Shown: positions 46,180 through 57,384 of the stretch, piece after piece
Numbering within the stretch: the stretch's first letter is position 1
Layout of the letters: each line of letters starts with the position of its first letter
NCBI GenBank assembly: GCA_031555955.1
Contig: JAVBTY010000025.1
Coordinates: forward strand, 33,205 to 97,204
Direction of reading: 5' to 3'
DNA from: Rhodocyclaceae bacterium
GTDB lineage: Bacteria; Pseudomonadota; Gammaproteobacteria; Burkholderiales; Rhodocyclaceae
DNA: 64,000 nucleotides
Program-made: the position numbers and the translations under genes
Notes under the pieces: model-generated
The model's database searches: none
Seen by the model: only the letters and a program-made list of their open reading frames with translations
What the model was told of the DNA's origin: nothing

Positions 46180-48210
46180 TCAGACGGTGAAGCGGCCTGC
46201 CTCGCGCGTCAGCGCCCCGGCCTGGGTTCTGAGGTTTTCGGCGCTGCCGGAAACGCGCCGGGCGGCGCTGTCCGTGGTGCCTGTCGCCTGTACGGTGGCG
46301 GCGATCTGCCGGGACATCGACTGTGCGGCTTTCGACTGTTCGCGCGTTGCCTCGGCGATGGTGGTGACGGTGGCGGCGAGATCGTGCGTGATCGTTTCGA
46401 TTTCCTCCAGCGCCGTTTCCGCCATGGCGCTTTTTTCCGCGCCCTTGCGCGCTTCGGCCACACCTTGGCTGATCGAGGCCTGCACCGCGGCGACGCCGGT
46501 GGTGACGCGGCTGAGGATTTCTCCCACCTGGTCGGCGGAGCGCGCCGACTGTTCGGCCAGTTTGCGCACTTCATCCGCGACAACGGCGAAGCCGCGCCCG
46601 ACTTCGCCCGCGCGCGCGGCCTCGATGGCGGCGTTGAGCGCGAGCAGGTTGGTCTGGCCCGCGATCTGGACGATGGTGGCGACAACGGCTTCGATGTGGC
46701 GGGAATGCGAGGTGAGGCTTTCCGCTTCCGCAAGCGAGGATTGCACCCTGTTTTCAACCGTGTTCATCGATCCGATGACTTCGAGCACCACCTGCTTGCC
46801 ATGTTCAACCCTGGTAACGGCGCTATCGACGAGCTGGTGCGATGATTTCGCCGACTCGGCGATATGTTCGATGGATTCCGAGAGCGTTCCGATGCTGCCG
46901 TCGATTTCAGCGGAGGCCGAAGACAGCCCCGCAACCGAATCCAGCACCTGACGCGTTGCATCGAAGACATCCGAGGCCGAGCTGGAAACGCTGCCGGCGG
47001 TTGTCCGGATGGTGCCGACCAGGGTGCGCATGGAACCAGCGGTATCGTTGATGCGCAGGGCCAGCAGGTCGACTTCGTTTTTCGAACGGGGCGCGGCGTC
47101 CAGGCGCACGGTCAGATCGCCTTGGCCCATCTGTTCAAGCCCCCGCGCCACGCCGGACAGGGGGCGCAGCTGCCTGCGGATGAGCAGGGCCAGTCCAAGG
47201 GCCAGAATCACGATGGTGCTGATCAGGCCCGCCGTGAGCAGATTCCGGATCGCATCAAAAGGCGCGGTGAATTCGTCTTCCCACGAGGCGACGACCGCGA
47301 TCCAGTGCAGGTCGGGGAGATATTCGAAAACAGCCAGTTTTTTCCGGATTTCGCCGTTCTGGTCGCGCCAGTTGTAAGAGGCTGCGCCGTTTTTCTGTTC
47401 GAGTATCGTGGAGGCGAAATCCTGCAGATCTTTCCCTACCGACGAAACCGGTTTGTTTTCGAATTCGGGGTGCAGGATAAAGCGCGGCTCTTTGGCATCG
47501 CCCGCCGCTTCGGCGAGGATGAAGGGATAACCCGATTTTCCGATGACGATGCCGCGCAGCTTTTCTTTCAGCAGCCGGATGCTTTCTTCCGCATCGATGC
47601 GCATCGTGATGGCGCCGATGATCTGCCCGCGCTCGTCCCGTACCGGCTTTGCCGCGAGGGCGTACATTTTTCCGGAGCGTTCAAGCGTGCCGGTGTAAAT
47701 GTCTCCCGCCGCCAGCGTTTTTGTGTATTCATCGGATACTTTTTCGCCGTCGCGGTAAGCGCCGTTTCCGTTTTTCAGCAGGGTTGTGGCGCGGTAGAAC
47801 TGTCCGCCATCCCTGAGCAGGAACGCGGCGTCGCTGGAGGGATTCGTTTTTTTGTAGGCCAGCAGAAAGGGCTGGTTGCCGGTGGCGCGGATATCGCCGA
47901 ATTCCAGCACCGGAAGCATGGCGCCGCCCAGTGCGGCCTTTTCTCCCGTCAGGCGCGGCGGCGGCAGTCCCGCTTCAAAGCGCTCCAGGGCGGCCAGCGC
48001 CGACTGTTTCAGGTTTTCCTGTGCGTACTTGAGCGTCTGCGCGATCAGGTCGGCCTGCGACTTCAGGGCGATACGGCTTTCTTCAAGGGCGACCTGCTGC
48101 ACTTTTGAGGACAGGATTACGGACAGGCCGATCACCGCGGCAGCGCACAGAACGGCGACGCCGATCAGGGTTTGCCTTAAAAGGGGCTGACGCTGAAGCG
48201 CGGTGAACAT
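46180..48210 (-). CDS. Methyl-accepting chemotaxis protein with Cache sensor domains
   Basis: Two TM segments, [38 protein letters not shown]; start trimmed to MFTALQ. Confidence 0.92.
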   Translation of the reverse strand: MFTALQRQPLLRQTLIGVAVLCAAAVIGLSVILSSKVQQVALEESRIALKSQADLIAQTLKYAQENLKQSALAALERFEAGLPPPRLTGEKAALGGAMLPVLEFGDIRATGNQPFLLAYKKTNPSSDAAFLLRDGGQFYRATTLLKNGNGAYRDGEKVSDEYTKTLAAGDIYTGTLERSGKMYALAAKPVRDERGQIIGAITMRIDAEESIRLLKEKLRGIVIGKSGYPFILAEAAGDAKEPRFILHPEFENKPVSSVGKDLQDFASTILEQKNGAASYNWRDQNGEIRKKLAVFEYLPDLHWIAVVASWEDEFTAPFDAIRNLLTAGLISTIVILALGLALLIRRQLRPLSGVARGLEQMGQGDLTVRLDAAPRSKNEVDLLALRINDTAGSMRTLVGTIRTTAGSVSSSASDVFDATRQVLDSVAGLSSASAEIDGSIGTLSESIEHIAESAKSSHQLVDSAVTRVEHGKQVVLEVIGSMNTVENRVQSSLAEAESLTSHSRHIEAVVATIVQIAGQTNLLALNAAIEAARAGEVGRGFAVVADEVRKLAEQSARSADQVGEILSRVTTGVAAVQASISQGVAEARKGAEKSAMAETALEEIETITHDLAATVTTIAEATREQSKAAQSMSRQIAATVQATGTTDSAARRVSGSAENLRTQAGALTREAGRFTV

Positions 48211-48382
48211 GGTGCGGTCTCTGGCAATCCGGTTGGGGGAGGGACTATAGCAAAGCAGTTCCGGTGGTGTTTTATTGCTGAAAAAACCGGATTTATCAAC
48301 CTGAAAGGCTGGGGGGCGAGGTTTGTGCCCGGATATCCGGGGCAGAACCAGAGGTATTGACCCGTTTATGGGGGCAGGGCCG

Positions 48383-48853
48383 TCAACCCCGGCCGAAGAA
48401 GCGCCCGATGGCGCGGGAGAACCAGCCCGTCGTCTCTTTCGTGGCGTAGGCCTGGTCTGGCATGTTCTTTTTTGCCGACCGGGCAAAGGCGGCATCCTCG
48501 CTGCGGATATGGCTGAAGAGCCAGCGCGACAGAAGGCGGTGCAGTTCATCCGTAACGTTTTCACCGTCCTTGAAGCGCGTCTGCATTTCGGCGACACGGC
48601 GGACGAAGATGTCATGGACTTTTTTGTGCGGACGGAAAAATTCGTAACCGCTATCTTCCATCAGCGTTTCTTCGAAAGCGAAATGGGAGAGGGTGTAATC
48701 GACCAGACCATCGATAATGCCGCCGATGGCGGTGCGGTCGCCCCCGGCCGTTGCGTCATGAAGATGGTTGATGAAGTCCATGATCTGGCGGTGCTGGTGA
48801 TCGATCACATCAATGCCTGTATCCAGGTCATGAGTCCAGATCAGATGCGCCAT
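48383..48853 (-). CDS. Bacteriohemerythrin
   Basis: W...L.TG...ID.QH, HF..EE, H...H, WL..HI...D di-iron ligands; AGGAG RBS. Confidence 0.9.
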   Translation of the reverse strand: MAHLIWTHDLDTGIDVIDHQHRQIMDFINHLHDATAGGDRTAIGGIIDGLVDYTLSHFAFEETLMEDSGYEFFRPHKKVHDIFVRRVAEMQTRFKDGENVTDELHRLLSRWLFSHIRSEDAAFARSAKKNMPDQAYATKETTGWFSRAIGRFFGRG

Positions 48854-49087
48854 GATGTCTCCTCTTTTATATGTCAGACGGTTGGTAATGGAAAAGCGGC
48901 TTCCCCGGTTTTCGTGCGTGCCGCCATCCGGGCTGTTCCGGGTGAGTGTTTCCCCGCAGCATAGGTGTTTTTACAGATAAATGCTGCTGTACTCAACCCC
49001 GCCGGGGCCATGCTGTTCCGGATGCGATTCAAATCCGCGGCTGCGTGCGCGAATCTGGCATGGTTCCCGTAAACTCATGGCGGATAA

Positions 49088-49567
<480 letters not shown>

Positions 49568-49581
49568 GCGGATATCGCACG

Positions 49582-50076
49582 ATGAGCATGCACATCCGCA
49601 TCAACCTCGCCCGGCAGTGCCTCGACCTGTTCGCCGCCGATGGCGCGTGCATCCGGCGCTATCCGGTATCCAGCGCGGTAAACGGGGCGGGCGAGCTGGA
49701 GGGCAGCGGCTGCACGCCGCGCGGGCGGCACCGTATCCGCGCGCGTATTGGCGCGGGCGCGCCGCCCGGGGCGGTATTTCGTGGGCGGCGCCCTACGGGC
49801 GAGGTGTGGTCGTCCGCGCTGGCGGCCAGCTTTCCCGGGCGGGACTGGATTCTGTCGCGCATTCTGTGGCTGTGCGGCGAGGAGCCGGGGCGCAACCGCC
49901 TCGGGGCGGTGGATTCCATGCGGCGCTATATCTATATCCATGGCACCGGCGACGATCAGCCGATGGGCGCGCCGCGTTCGCACGGCTGCATCCGCATGCG
50001 TAGCCGCGATATTGTGGAACTGTTTGAACTGGTCGCGGCGGGTACGCCCGTGGAGATTGTGGAATGCGCGGAGTGA
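49582..50076 (+). CDS. L,D-transpeptidase family (YkuD domain) protein
   Basis: YPVSS, TPRG, IYIHG, SHGCIRM. Confidence 0.85.
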   Translation: MSMHIRINLARQCLDLFAADGACIRRYPVSSAVNGAGELEGSGCTPRGRHRIRARIGAGAPPGAVFRGRRPTGEVWSSALAASFPGRDWILSRILWLCGEEPGRNRLGAVDSMRRYIYIHGTGDDQPMGAPRSHGCIRMRSRDIVELFELVAAGTPVEIVECAE

Positions 50077-50504
50077 GTCCGGATTACAGCCTGTACGTTG
50101 TCGACTGGGCGCAGGCGTGCGCGCTGGCTGCGCCGCTGCGTGAGCGTGTGTTCGTGCTCGAACAGGGTGTGCCGCCGGAACTGGAGCAGGACGGTATCGA
50201 CCCGGTATGCCGCCATGTGCTGGCGCGCGCCGCCGGTGGCGTGGTGGTGGGCGCCGGACGACTGCTGCCCGACGGGCATATCGGCCGCATGGCGGTGGCT
50301 GCGGACTGGCGCGGGCGCGGCGTTGGCGGCGCGGTGCTGGAGGCGCTGGTGCGGGAGGCCGCCGCGCGCGGTCTGGCGGCGGCGCTGCTGAATGCGCAGG
50401 TGCACGCGCTGGCGTTTTATCGCCGCCACGGTTTCGTTGAGGAAGGCGAGGCGTTCATGGAGGCGGGAATCATGCACCGCGCCATGCGCCGCCGCCTGGG
50501 CTGA
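50073..50504 (+). CDS. GNAT family N-acetyltransferase (YjcF/ElaA-like)
   Basis: R..VFV.EQ, IGRMAV, RGRGVG, FYRRHGF, EAGI.H. Confidence 0.85.
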   Translation: MSPDYSLYVVDWAQACALAAPLRERVFVLEQGVPPELEQDGIDPVCRHVLARAAGGVVVGAGRLLPDGHIGRMAVAADWRGRGVGGAVLEALVREAAARGLAAALLNAQVHALAFYRRHGFVEEGEAFMEAGIMHRAMRRRLG

Positions 50505-50555
50505 TCCGCGTCTACGCGGGTGGCCGCCGGCTCTGCCGTTGCCCGGCCAATACCG

Positions 50556-51491
50556 TTACCAGCCTGGATTCAGGCGGCGCGCCTCGGTGATTTCCCTGTG
50601 AATGATGCGGTAGTGCTCCAGCCGCTGGGGCTGGATGCCGCCGCTGGCGAGCGCCGCGTGCAGGGCGCAGCCGGGTTCGGCTTCATGGCGGCAGTCGCGG
50701 AAGCGGCACTGGCCCAGATGCGGACGGAATTCGATGAAGCAGCGGGCCAGTTCTTCCTGATCGAGATGCGCCAGGCCAAAGGCCTGCAGGCCGGGGCTGT
50801 CGATCAGCCAGCCCTGTTCCCCGAGCGGATAAAGGCGGGCGAAGGTCGTGGTGTGCTTGCCGGCGTCCAGCGCGAGGGAGATTTCCCGCGTGGCCGCCCG
50901 CGCTTCCGGAATCAGTGCGTTGGTCAGGGTTGACTTGCCCATGCCGGACTGGCCGACAAAGATGCAGCGGTGGCCGTCAAGGCGTTCTTTCAGCGGCCCG
51001 ATGCCGGTCTGGATGGAGGTTTCCAGCGTTTCATAACCGAGCGCGGCGAAAGGGGCAAGCTGTTGCCGCGCTCCGGCCAGGCTGGCGGTCAGGTCGGTCT
51101 TGTTCAGCACGATCAGCGGAACGAGCTGCTGGCTTTCCGCTGCGGCGATGCAGCGTGAAACGAGCAGGCTGGAAAAGCCCGGTTCGGTGGCGACAACGAT
51201 GACGACGTGGGAAAGGTTGGCCGCGATGAGCTTTTTCCGGAATGTGTCCGAGCGCCACAGCAGATTGCGCCGGGGGTGGAGCTGTTCGATCGCCCCCTGG
51301 CTGTCGCCATCCGGCATAACGTCAACCTCGTCGCCGCAGGCGAAAACGCTTTTCTTGCCGCGCGGGTAGCAGCGCAGCACGCCGTTAGTGGTCTGGACCT
51401 CGTAGTGGCGGCCAAAGGCGGCGATAACGGTGCCGTGGAGCGCCGCCGCCGTTTCGCGCCTGCCGTGGGCGGAGGTGCGCGGGTGCGTCAT
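50556..51491 (-). CDS. rsgA: Ribosome small subunit-dependent GTPase A
   Basis: NKTD, GQSGMGKS, GKHTT, DSPG, CRFRDCRH..EPGC Zn finger. Confidence 0.93.
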   Translation of the reverse strand: MTHPRTSAHGRRETAAALHGTVIAAFGRHYEVQTTNGVLRCYPRGKKSVFACGDEVDVMPDGDSQGAIEQLHPRRNLLWRSDTFRKKLIAANLSHVVIVVATEPGFSSLLVSRCIAAAESQQLVPLIVLNKTDLTASLAGARQQLAPFAALGYETLETSIQTGIGPLKERLDGHRCIFVGQSGMGKSTLTNALIPEARAATREISLALDAGKHTTTFARLYPLGEQGWLIDSPGLQAFGLAHLDQEELARCFIEFRPHLGQCRFRDCRHEAEPGCALHAALASGGIQPQRLEHYRIIHREITEARRLNPGW

Positions 51492-51555
51492 GGGCGGCGT
51501 CCGGAGTGTGGAAATGAATGGGGGAAGGGGGGGGCGGAGGCGGTTTTGCGCATGC

Positions 51556-52827
51556 TCAGGCCGGGGCGGGCTCTCCGCGCCCCAGTGCTTCCAGGCGGGC
51601 GATGCGCTGGGCGGCGGGCGGGTGGGAATCGAAAAAGCGGGAATACAGCGGATCCGGCGTCAAGGTGGCCGCATTGTCCTGGTAGAGCCGGACGAGCGCG
51701 CCGCACAGATCCGCCGCGCGGGTCTGCCGCGCTGCGTAGGCGTCGGCCTCGAATTCGTGCGCGCGCGACCAGTGGCTCATCAGCGGCGCCAGCGGAAAGG
51801 TGAAAACTGGCAGGGCGAGAGAGAAAAGCGCCAGCGCCGATGCGGTATCGGCGGCGCGCATGCCCAGCCCGGCAAAAAACCACGGCTGCGCGGTGAGCCA
51901 GCCCAGCAGGGCGAGCAGCGCAAGCCCCGCTGGCGCCAGTACCGCCAGACGTTTGATGATGTGCCGGTGGCGGAAATGCCCCAGTTCATGAGCCAGCACC
52001 GCTTCGACTTCGGGCGGGGAGAGCTTTTCCAGCAGCGTATCGAAGAACACGATGCGCCGGCTGGCGCCGAAACCGGTGAAATAAGCGTTACCGTGGGCCG
52101 AGCGGCGCGAGCCATCCATAACGAATAACCCCTGGGCGCGGAAGCCGCAGCGGGCGAGCAGGGCTTCGACGCGCGCCTTGAGCGCTTCGTCGGCCAGCGG
52201 GGCAAAGGTGTTGAACAGCGGCGCGATGAAAGTCGGCCACACCAGCAGCACGAGCAGGTTGAAACCGAGCCAGAGCGCCCACACCCACAGCCACCAGAAC
52301 CCGCCCATCGCCCCCATGAGCCACAGCACCGCGGCGAGCAGGGGCAGGCCGATAAGGGCGGCGAGCGCGGCTTCTTTGGCTGTGTCGGCGAGGAAAAGCG
52401 CCGGGGTCATACGGTTGAAGCCGAAGCGTTTTTCGATACCGAAAATACGGCTGAGCGCGAAAGGCAGCTCCACCAGCCAGCCCAGCGCGGCCAGACTGGC
52501 GAAAAGGGCCAGCCCGTGCGCGATGCCGCCAGGCGGGAAGCGCCCACTCCATGCGTCATGCAGCCATTGCAGGCCGCCGCCGGGCGTGAGCGCGAAGGTG
52601 AAGGCCGCCATCACCAGCGCTTCTGGCATGGCGAGGTGCATGCGTGCGGCGGTGTAAGCGGCGGCGCGCTGGTGGTCCGGCAGGGGAATCCGGCTGGCGA
52701 AGGCGGCGGGAACCGCGTTGCGCCGCGCTTGCACATGGCGGATCTGGCGCAGCATCAGCCCGGTTTTGAGCAGCAGCCCGGCGAGCAGGAAAACGGTGAA
52801 CAGGGCGGTGAGAAGCGGAGCGGTCAT
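51556..52827 (-). CDS. M48 family (Ste24-like) metallopeptidase
   Basis: DGSRRS.HGNAYF, HELGH, EFEAD, SHP; TM helices. Confidence 0.9.
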   Translation of the reverse strand: MTAPLLTALFTVFLLAGLLLKTGLMLRQIRHVQARRNAVPAAFASRIPLPDHQRAAAYTAARMHLAMPEALVMAAFTFALTPGGGLQWLHDAWSGRFPPGGIAHGLALFASLAALGWLVELPFALSRIFGIEKRFGFNRMTPALFLADTAKEAALAALIGLPLLAAVLWLMGAMGGFWWLWVWALWLGFNLLVLLVWPTFIAPLFNTFAPLADEALKARVEALLARCGFRAQGLFVMDGSRRSAHGNAYFTGFGASRRIVFFDTLLEKLSPPEVEAVLAHELGHFRHRHIIKRLAVLAPAGLALLALLGWLTAQPWFFAGLGMRAADTASALALFSLALPVFTFPLAPLMSHWSRAHEFEADAYAARQTRAADLCGALVRLYQDNAATLTPDPLYSRFFDSHPPAAQRIARLEALGRGEPAPA

Positions 52828-52964
52828 CCGTGACGAAAGGGCAGGGTGGAGGGTTATGTGATTGAGCCGGGCGGGGGAGACGGGGGGATCGGAGCATGGG
52901 CGAAATGTGACACAATCCCGGCCCTGACCGTTTTGCCCGGACGCTCCGGAAAGGCTTGAAGATT

Positions 52965-53513
52965 ATGGCACAGGACCCGAACCGCCTGATATGGCTGGAT
53001 ATGGAAATGACCGGGCTGGAACCGGACCGCGACCGCATCATCGAGGTGGCTGTGGTGATTACCGATGAGCGGCTGGAGGTGCTGGCCGAAGCGCCGGTGA
53101 TCGTGGTGCGCCAGTCTGATGAAGTGCTCGACGGCATGGACGACTGGAACAAGTCCACGCACGGGCGCTCCGGCCTGATCGAACGCGTGAAGACGTCTTC
53201 CGTGACCGAGGCGCAGGCTGAAGAGCGGATGATTGCGTTCCTGCAGGAATGGGTGCCGGAGCGGGCGTCGCCGATGTGCGGCAATTCGATCTGCCAGGAC
53301 CGCCGTTTTCTCGCGCGCTACATGCCGCGCTTCGAGGCGTGGTTCCACTACCGCAATCTGGACGTATCCACGCTCAAGGAGCTGGCGAAGCGCTGGCGCC
53401 CGGAGGTGCATAAAGGGGTGGAAAAGAAGGGGCGGCACGAAGCGCTGGCGGACATTCACGAATCCATCGCCGAACTGCGCCATTACCGCGACCACTTCCT
53501 GCGCCTGGCCTGA
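52965..53513 (+). CDS. orn: Oligoribonuclease
   Basis: [38 protein letters not shown]. Confidence 0.95.
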   Translation: MAQDPNRLIWLDMEMTGLEPDRDRIIEVAVVITDERLEVLAEAPVIVVRQSDEVLDGMDDWNKSTHGRSGLIERVKTSSVTEAQAEERMIAFLQEWVPERASPMCGNSICQDRRFLARYMPRFEAWFHYRNLDVSTLKELAKRWRPEVHKGVEKKGRHEALADIHESIAELRHYRDHFLRLA

Positions 53514-53555
53514 AGCAGCCTTCGTGGGCGCGCGGCCACGGAGGCGGTTACGGGC

Positions 53556-55184
53556 TCAGCCCGTGGTCGCTGCTGCGCGCCGCATCGCCTCCGCCGCTGC
53601 CGCCAGGGCGGCGGTCGAAGCGTCCTGATCGCCCGCCGCGCCTGAGGCCAGCGCCCGCGCCATGTCCTTGCCCAGTTCGACGCCATACTGGTCGAAGCTG
53701 TTGATGCCCCAGATCCAGCCCTGAACGAAAACCTTGTGCTCGTACAGCGCGAGCAGGCGGCCAAGGTTGAAGGCATCGAGCTTCGGCATCAGCAGCGTGG
53801 TGCTGGGCTGGTTGCCGGGGCAGACGAGGTGGGGGGCAAGGCGCTCCACCTCGTCCGGCGGCAGCCCTCTGGCGCGCAATGTGGTGCGCGCGGCGTCCAG
53901 ATCGCGCCCGGCCATCAGCGCGGCGGCCTGGGCAAGGGCGTTATCGATCAGCGCGCGCTGGCGCGGTTCGTCGGCGCCGACCGGCACGATGAAGTCGATG
54001 GGCACGGTATGCGCGCCCTGGTAAAGCAGCTGGTGAAAGGCGTGCTGGCCGACGGTGCCGACGCCGCCCCAGACCACGGGCGAAGTCGGCGTGGCGGTAA
54101 CGCTGCCGTCGCGCAGCGCCCGTTTGCCGTTGCTCTCCATTTCCAGCTGCTGCAGCCAGGGCGTGAAATGGCGCAGTCCGTGCGCGTAAGGCAGGACCGC
54201 CAGCGTGCCGAGGCCGAGAAAATCCGCATTCCACAGGCCGGTGAGCCCCAGCAGCACGGGCAGGTTGTCCGCCAGCGGCGTGTGGAAAAAGTGCTGGTCC
54301 ATCGCCCGCGCGCCAGCAAGAAAATCATCGAAAGCCGCCTCACCGGTGGCGATGAGCAGCGGCAGGCCGATGGTGGACCAGACCGAGTAGCGCCCGCCGA
54401 TCCATTCCGGTAGCGGAAATACCCGTTCGGCGGCGATGCCGAAAGCCGCTGCCGCTGCGGTGGCGTTGCTGACCGCGGCGAAATGCGCCGCCGTATCGGC
54501 AATGCCCGAGGCGTTGAGCCACGCCCGCGCGGCCTGTGCGTTGGCGAGCGTTTCGGCGGTGGAAAAACTCTTGGACGAGACGATGAACAGGGTGCTGGCG
54601 GGGTCCGCGCCGGTGAGCGCTTCGTCGAGTTCGCGCGGATCAATGTTGGCGACGAAGCGGACATCGGGGGCGCTGGCCGCATCGCGGTTACGCCCGCCGT
54701 GCAGCGCCTCGGCGGCCATGCGCGGCCCCAGGTCTGAGCCGCCGATGCCGAGGTTGATGACAGTGCGGAGCGGCGTGCCGCTGGCGCCGCGTATTCCGCC
54801 CGCCCGTAACGCGGCGGCGAAACGGCGCATCGGGCGGGAATCAGTTTCCGCTCCAGCGGGGGGCGGACAGCCGCCGCGCGCGGCCATGTGCAGCGCGGGG
54901 CGGCGTTCGGTGTAATTGGTGTTGCCCGCGGCGAACAGGCTGGTAATGCCGTCGCGCAGGCCGGTGTGTTCGGCAAGCAGAACCAGATCGGCCAGAACGG
55001 CGGCATCAAGGCGCTGTTTGGAAAAATCCGCCAGCAGATCGCCGCAGCGCCGCGACAGGCTGGCGAAGCGGGTAGCGTCGGTTGTGAAAAGCTGGCGGAC
55101 GGACAGGTCCGCAAGGCGTTCCGCGTGTGCGGTGAGCTGGCGCCAGACGGGCAGGCGATGGGGGGGGGTGAAATTTTCGGTCAC
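53556..55184 (-). CDS. pgi: Glucose-6-phosphate isomerase
   Basis: GIGGSDLG, SSKSF.T.ET, GGRYSVWS, QLEMESNGK, FDQYGVELGK. Confidence 0.93.
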   Translation of the reverse strand: MTENFTPPHRLPVWRQLTAHAERLADLSVRQLFTTDATRFASLSRRCGDLLADFSKQRLDAAVLADLVLLAEHTGLRDGITSLFAAGNTNYTERRPALHMAARGGCPPPAGAETDSRPMRRFAAALRAGGIRGASGTPLRTVINLGIGGSDLGPRMAAEALHGGRNRDAASAPDVRFVANIDPRELDEALTGADPASTLFIVSSKSFSTAETLANAQAARAWLNASGIADTAAHFAAVSNATAAAAAFGIAAERVFPLPEWIGGRYSVWSTIGLPLLIATGEAAFDDFLAGARAMDQHFFHTPLADNLPVLLGLTGLWNADFLGLGTLAVLPYAHGLRHFTPWLQQLEMESNGKRALRDGSVTATPTSPVVWGGVGTVGQHAFHQLLYQGAHTVPIDFIVPVGADEPRQRALIDNALAQAAALMAGRDLDAARTTLRARGLPPDEVERLAPHLVCPGNQPSTTLLMPKLDAFNLGRLLALYEHKVFVQGWIWGINSFDQYGVELGKDMARALASGAAGDQDASTAALAAAAEAMRRAAATTG

Positions 55185-56824
55185 GATGGATTACGCAGAT
55201 AAAGGCGCAGGATTTCGAGCTGCTTGCCGCCGCCACGGCGGAATTCCCAGGTTTTTTCCCACTCTGGGGCGGGAGATGGCGCGTTCGCGCGGCGATCATC
55301 ATAAACCAGCAGCAGTCCGCAGGGCGTTTCGTCATCGCGCGCGGTTATCGTGCGGATATCGCCAAAGTAATACAGGGAGGCGCGCATGGCGCTGGACAGC
55401 CCGGTCGTCGCCACGCAATCCGCCGGCTGCCGCGCCAGCGCCTGTTTGAGTGATTGGGCCATGGGCCGGTAGCTGCGGCCGAAATCGAACCACGGCATCA
55501 GCAGCGTTACGGCCAGGCACCACAGCATGGTCATGCCCATGGCCCAGTTGGCCGGGCCGCGCGTGGGGGTGCGCGGCTGACGCCAGACGAGGACGAGCCA
55601 GAGTGCGCAGACGGTGGCCCCCATGATGGTTTGGAACGTTCCGCTTCCGGGAACGAAGTCTGGCGCAATCCGGGCGACGTGCCGGGCGAGCCCGGGCGGC
55701 CAGGAAAAAAACAGGGCGCTCCAGGCGGTCCACACCAGTACCGCGAAAACGGCGAAATTCATTACGGCGAACCAGTCGAACGCATTGGCCGCGCCGCGCC
55801 GCAGCACGGGGGCACCGCCTGCGGCAAGCAGGGCGACAGACGGGATCAGCGGCAGGGCGGAAGTCGGCGCCAGATTGCCGTTGGCGATCATCCACGCCGT
55901 AACCGTCAGCATGGATGCCAGCGGCAGCAGCACGGGCAGCGTGGCGAGCCGGCGGCGGCTGCGCCACAGCCCCCACAGGGCCAGCGGCCACAGCGGCCAG
56001 ATGAACCAGGCGAACAGCCCGGGAAGTCCGGACAGATCGGCTGCGGTCAGGGGGTGGCCCAGCCTCTGCCATTCGTCCCCGAGCCAGAGCGCAAGCAGTT
56101 CCGGTTCGGCAAGATGCAGCGCGAGCGGCCACAGCGCGCCGGCGCTCACGGCGACGCACAGGCCGATGAGCAGGCCGCTGCTGGCGCGCGGCGAGCGGCA
56201 GTCCGGGCAGAGCAGCATCGTGAAAAGAAATAGCGGCAGGGTGAGCAGCGCGCCCGCCAGACCTCCCGCGAGAAAGGAAAGGGCGCTGCCCGCGCCAGCC
56301 AGCAGGCCGCCCGCAAGCGGTTTCGCCGGGATGCGTGCAATGCCCGCAAGGGTTAGTGCGAGCATGGCGAGCAGGGCGATGGCGGGCTGGGTTTCGTGGG
56401 CGTGCAGCACCAGCCCGAGCGTGCCGAGCGTCAGCAGCGCGGCGGGGGTGCGGGCCGGGTGGCCGTACAGGAATTCCGCGGCGCGGGCGATGAAATAGAT
56501 CGCGAGCGCGGTAAACAGCGCGCTGGCGAGGCGCGCGCCATCGTGCAGGGGCAGCAGGCCGTCGAAAAGAAAGGCCAGCGCGGCGGAAATCCAGTAGTAC
56601 AGCGGCGGGAAATCGGTGAACGGCTCCCCGGCGATCTGCGGAAAAAGCCAGCCCTCGCCACGGAGCATGCTGTACACCGGGCCGAAATAACGGGCATCGT
56701 CGCCGCGCCAGGGGTCGTGCCCGGTCAGGCCCCAAAGCAGGTAGATACCGGCCAGCAGCGCCAGCCCCAGCGTGGCGCGCAGGCGGGTGCGGGGCGGCAG
56801 GGATGAATGGGGATCGCTGAACAT
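55181..56824 (-). CDS. ArnT/GT39-like membrane glycosyltransferase
   Basis: GHDPW..DD, W..P...G.PF...PPLYYW, many TM helices; next to rpmE as in other Betaproteobacteria. Confidence 0.78.
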   Translation of the reverse strand: MFSDPHSSLPPRTRLRATLGLALLAGIYLLWGLTGHDPWRGDDARYFGPVYSMLRGEGWLFPQIAGEPFTDFPPLYYWISAALAFLFDGLLPLHDGARLASALFTALAIYFIARAAEFLYGHPARTPAALLTLGTLGLVLHAHETQPAIALLAMLALTLAGIARIPAKPLAGGLLAGAGSALSFLAGGLAGALLTLPLFLFTMLLCPDCRSPRASSGLLIGLCVAVSAGALWPLALHLAEPELLALWLGDEWQRLGHPLTAADLSGLPGLFAWFIWPLWPLALWGLWRSRRRLATLPVLLPLASMLTVTAWMIANGNLAPTSALPLIPSVALLAAGGAPVLRRGAANAFDWFAVMNFAVFAVLVWTAWSALFFSWPPGLARHVARIAPDFVPGSGTFQTIMGATVCALWLVLVWRQPRTPTRGPANWAMGMTMLWCLAVTLLMPWFDFGRSYRPMAQSLKQALARQPADCVATTGLSSAMRASLYYFGDIRTITARDDETPCGLLLVYDDRRANAPSPAPEWEKTWEFRRGGGKQLEILRLYLRNPS

Positions 56825-56915
56825 GCGCCGGAAAATTCTGGAAAATTTTTATCGGTTCTTCGGGGCGAAGGCCGATTGTATCGGCGCAGGGCGGACCCTG
56901 CCGCCGAGGTGTCGC

Positions 56916-56950
56916 AAAAACGGAAAAAGGCAGCCGAAGCTACCTTTTCC
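56916..56950 (-). terminator. Rho-independent terminator of rpmE
   Basis: Minus strand GGAAAAGGTAGC-TTCG-GCTGCCTTTTTCC followed by GTTTTT. Confidence 0.75.
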
Positions 56951-56987
56951 TGTCCTTTCCGTAGCGCGGATTTTTCGCGTGGGCGGA

Positions 56988-57206
56988 TCAGCCCAGACGC
57001 TGTACGTTGCCGTATTTCTGGCGGAAACGCTCGACGCGTCCGGCGGTATCGACGATCTTCTGCTTGCCGGTATAGAAGGGGTGGCAGGCGGAGCAGACTT
57101 CGATGTGCAGATCAGTCCTGCTGATGGTGGAACGGGTGGCGAACGTATTGCCGCAGGAGCAGGTGATGTTTACTTCGGCGTACCTGGGGTGGATCTCTGC
57201 TTTCAT
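56988..57206 (-). CDS. rpmE: 50S ribosomal protein L31 (Zn-binding type A)
   Basis: [28 protein letters not shown]. Confidence 0.96.
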   Translation of the reverse strand: MKAEIHPRYAEVNITCSCGNTFATRSTISRTDLHIEVCSACHPFYTGKQKIVDTAGRVERFRQKYGNVQRLG

Positions 57207-57384
57207 TGCTGTCCTCGAAGGGCATGGGCGGCGGGTGTGGCCGCCCGGATTTGAATCCCGGGATTATGGTCCGGTGTTGCCGGAATGGCAAGGGAAAGGA
57301 GTGAATAACAGTCCTGCTGTTTCTGGTGCTGCCTGCGCCAGCGGGTTCGATAACCTGCGACGCGTGCGGTTCCGCGGCCAGCGG

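Noticed and set aside
48211-48615. N-terminal extension of the MCP (811-aa ORF)
   Set aside because: It overlaps the hemerythrin gene in another frame; the first TM segment follows Met at 48210.
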